Assembly (NCBI GenBank): GCA_041686345.1
Contig: JAWLEA010000001.1
Span: 20,516 to 84,515 of the forward strand
Reading direction: 5' to 3'
DNA from: Polyangia bacterium
Lineage (GTDB): Bacteria > Myxococcota_A > Polyangia > HGW-17
DNA length: 64,000 nucleotides
Shown here piece by piece: positions 63,860-64,000 of the stretch. The notes beneath the pieces are model-generated. The model searched no databases and was not told the origin of the DNA. It saw only the letters and a list, made by a program, of their open reading frames with translations. The first letter of the stretch is position 1, and each line of letters begins with the position of its first letter. A program made the position numbers and the translations under genes.

Positions 63860-64000
63860 TGGAAGGAAAATTTTCCCAATATCCCATAGAAATGGCTTGC
63901 TGTAAAAAGCAGATTAACGATATTGAAAATCCAGATCGTAATCACCCCATCCATGATAATTCTGTTATTTTTACCTATTTAAAATCCAGATTTTACGTTG
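63860..64000 (+). CDS. Partial ORF running off the window end (hypothetical)
   Basis: The ATG at 63860 lies about 9 nt after AGGTG. MEGKFSQYPIEMACCKKQINDIENPDRNHPIHD... stays open to nt 64000. Confidence 0.25.

Noticed and set aside
1-64000. A search for prophage, defence islands (RM, TA, CBASS, retron, DGR), integrases, transposases or rRNA operons.
   Set aside because: No reverse transcriptase, integrase, transposase, cas, methyltransferase/restriction or toxin-antitoxin-like gene pairs were recognisable in any of the listed ORFs. The window reads as core chromosome plus envelope genes.

Overview
This is a low-GC chromosomal segment from a diderm (Gram-negative type) bacterium. The gene content includes RNase Y-YmdB, a RomR-like response regulator, a sigma-54 activator, YfgM-BamB, Pal/OmpA proteins, Myxococcus-type Cys-rich repeats and thrombospondin-type-3 repeats. 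This suggests a delta-proteobacterial-type lineage (Bdellovibrionota/Myxococcota-like), but that is inference only and no search was possible. I support about 50 CDS (mostly housekeeping and cell-envelope genes, many of them lipoproteins), 3 tRNA genes and several in-frame tandem repeats. I see no rRNA, CRISPR array, transposase, prophage or recognisable defence island.

The most striking feature that the genes do not explain is a very dense family of ~162-bp MITE-like elements. They have a 12-bp terminal inverted repeat (GTTCCCATCCCA...TGGGATGGGAAC), an invariant central block and a 6-bp TANNTA-type flanking duplication. There are 8 near-full copies plus a deletion derivative and at least 3 fragments in 64 kb. 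Nearly all sit in intergenic regions, often 20-46 nt from a start codon.

Other points worth a second look:
- A perfectly folded class-I tRNA carries a CAA (Leu) anticodon, next to a normal class-II tRNA-Leu(TAA).
- A HAD hydrolase CDS starts 2 nt after that tRNA-Leu.
- A SerRS-like class-II synthetase core lacks a tRNA-binding arm.
- A short UvrA paralogue is followed by a membrane-anchored PD-(D/E)xK-like protein.
- Three tandem DsbA-like lipoproteins follow rny-ymdB, and one has lost its CxxC motif.
- A 777-bp ORF-free spacer lies downstream of zapA, where 6S RNA sits in E. coli.

All functional calls rest on motifs read by eye from the translations. Start codons were chosen using Shine-Dalgarno context and are less certain than stop positions.
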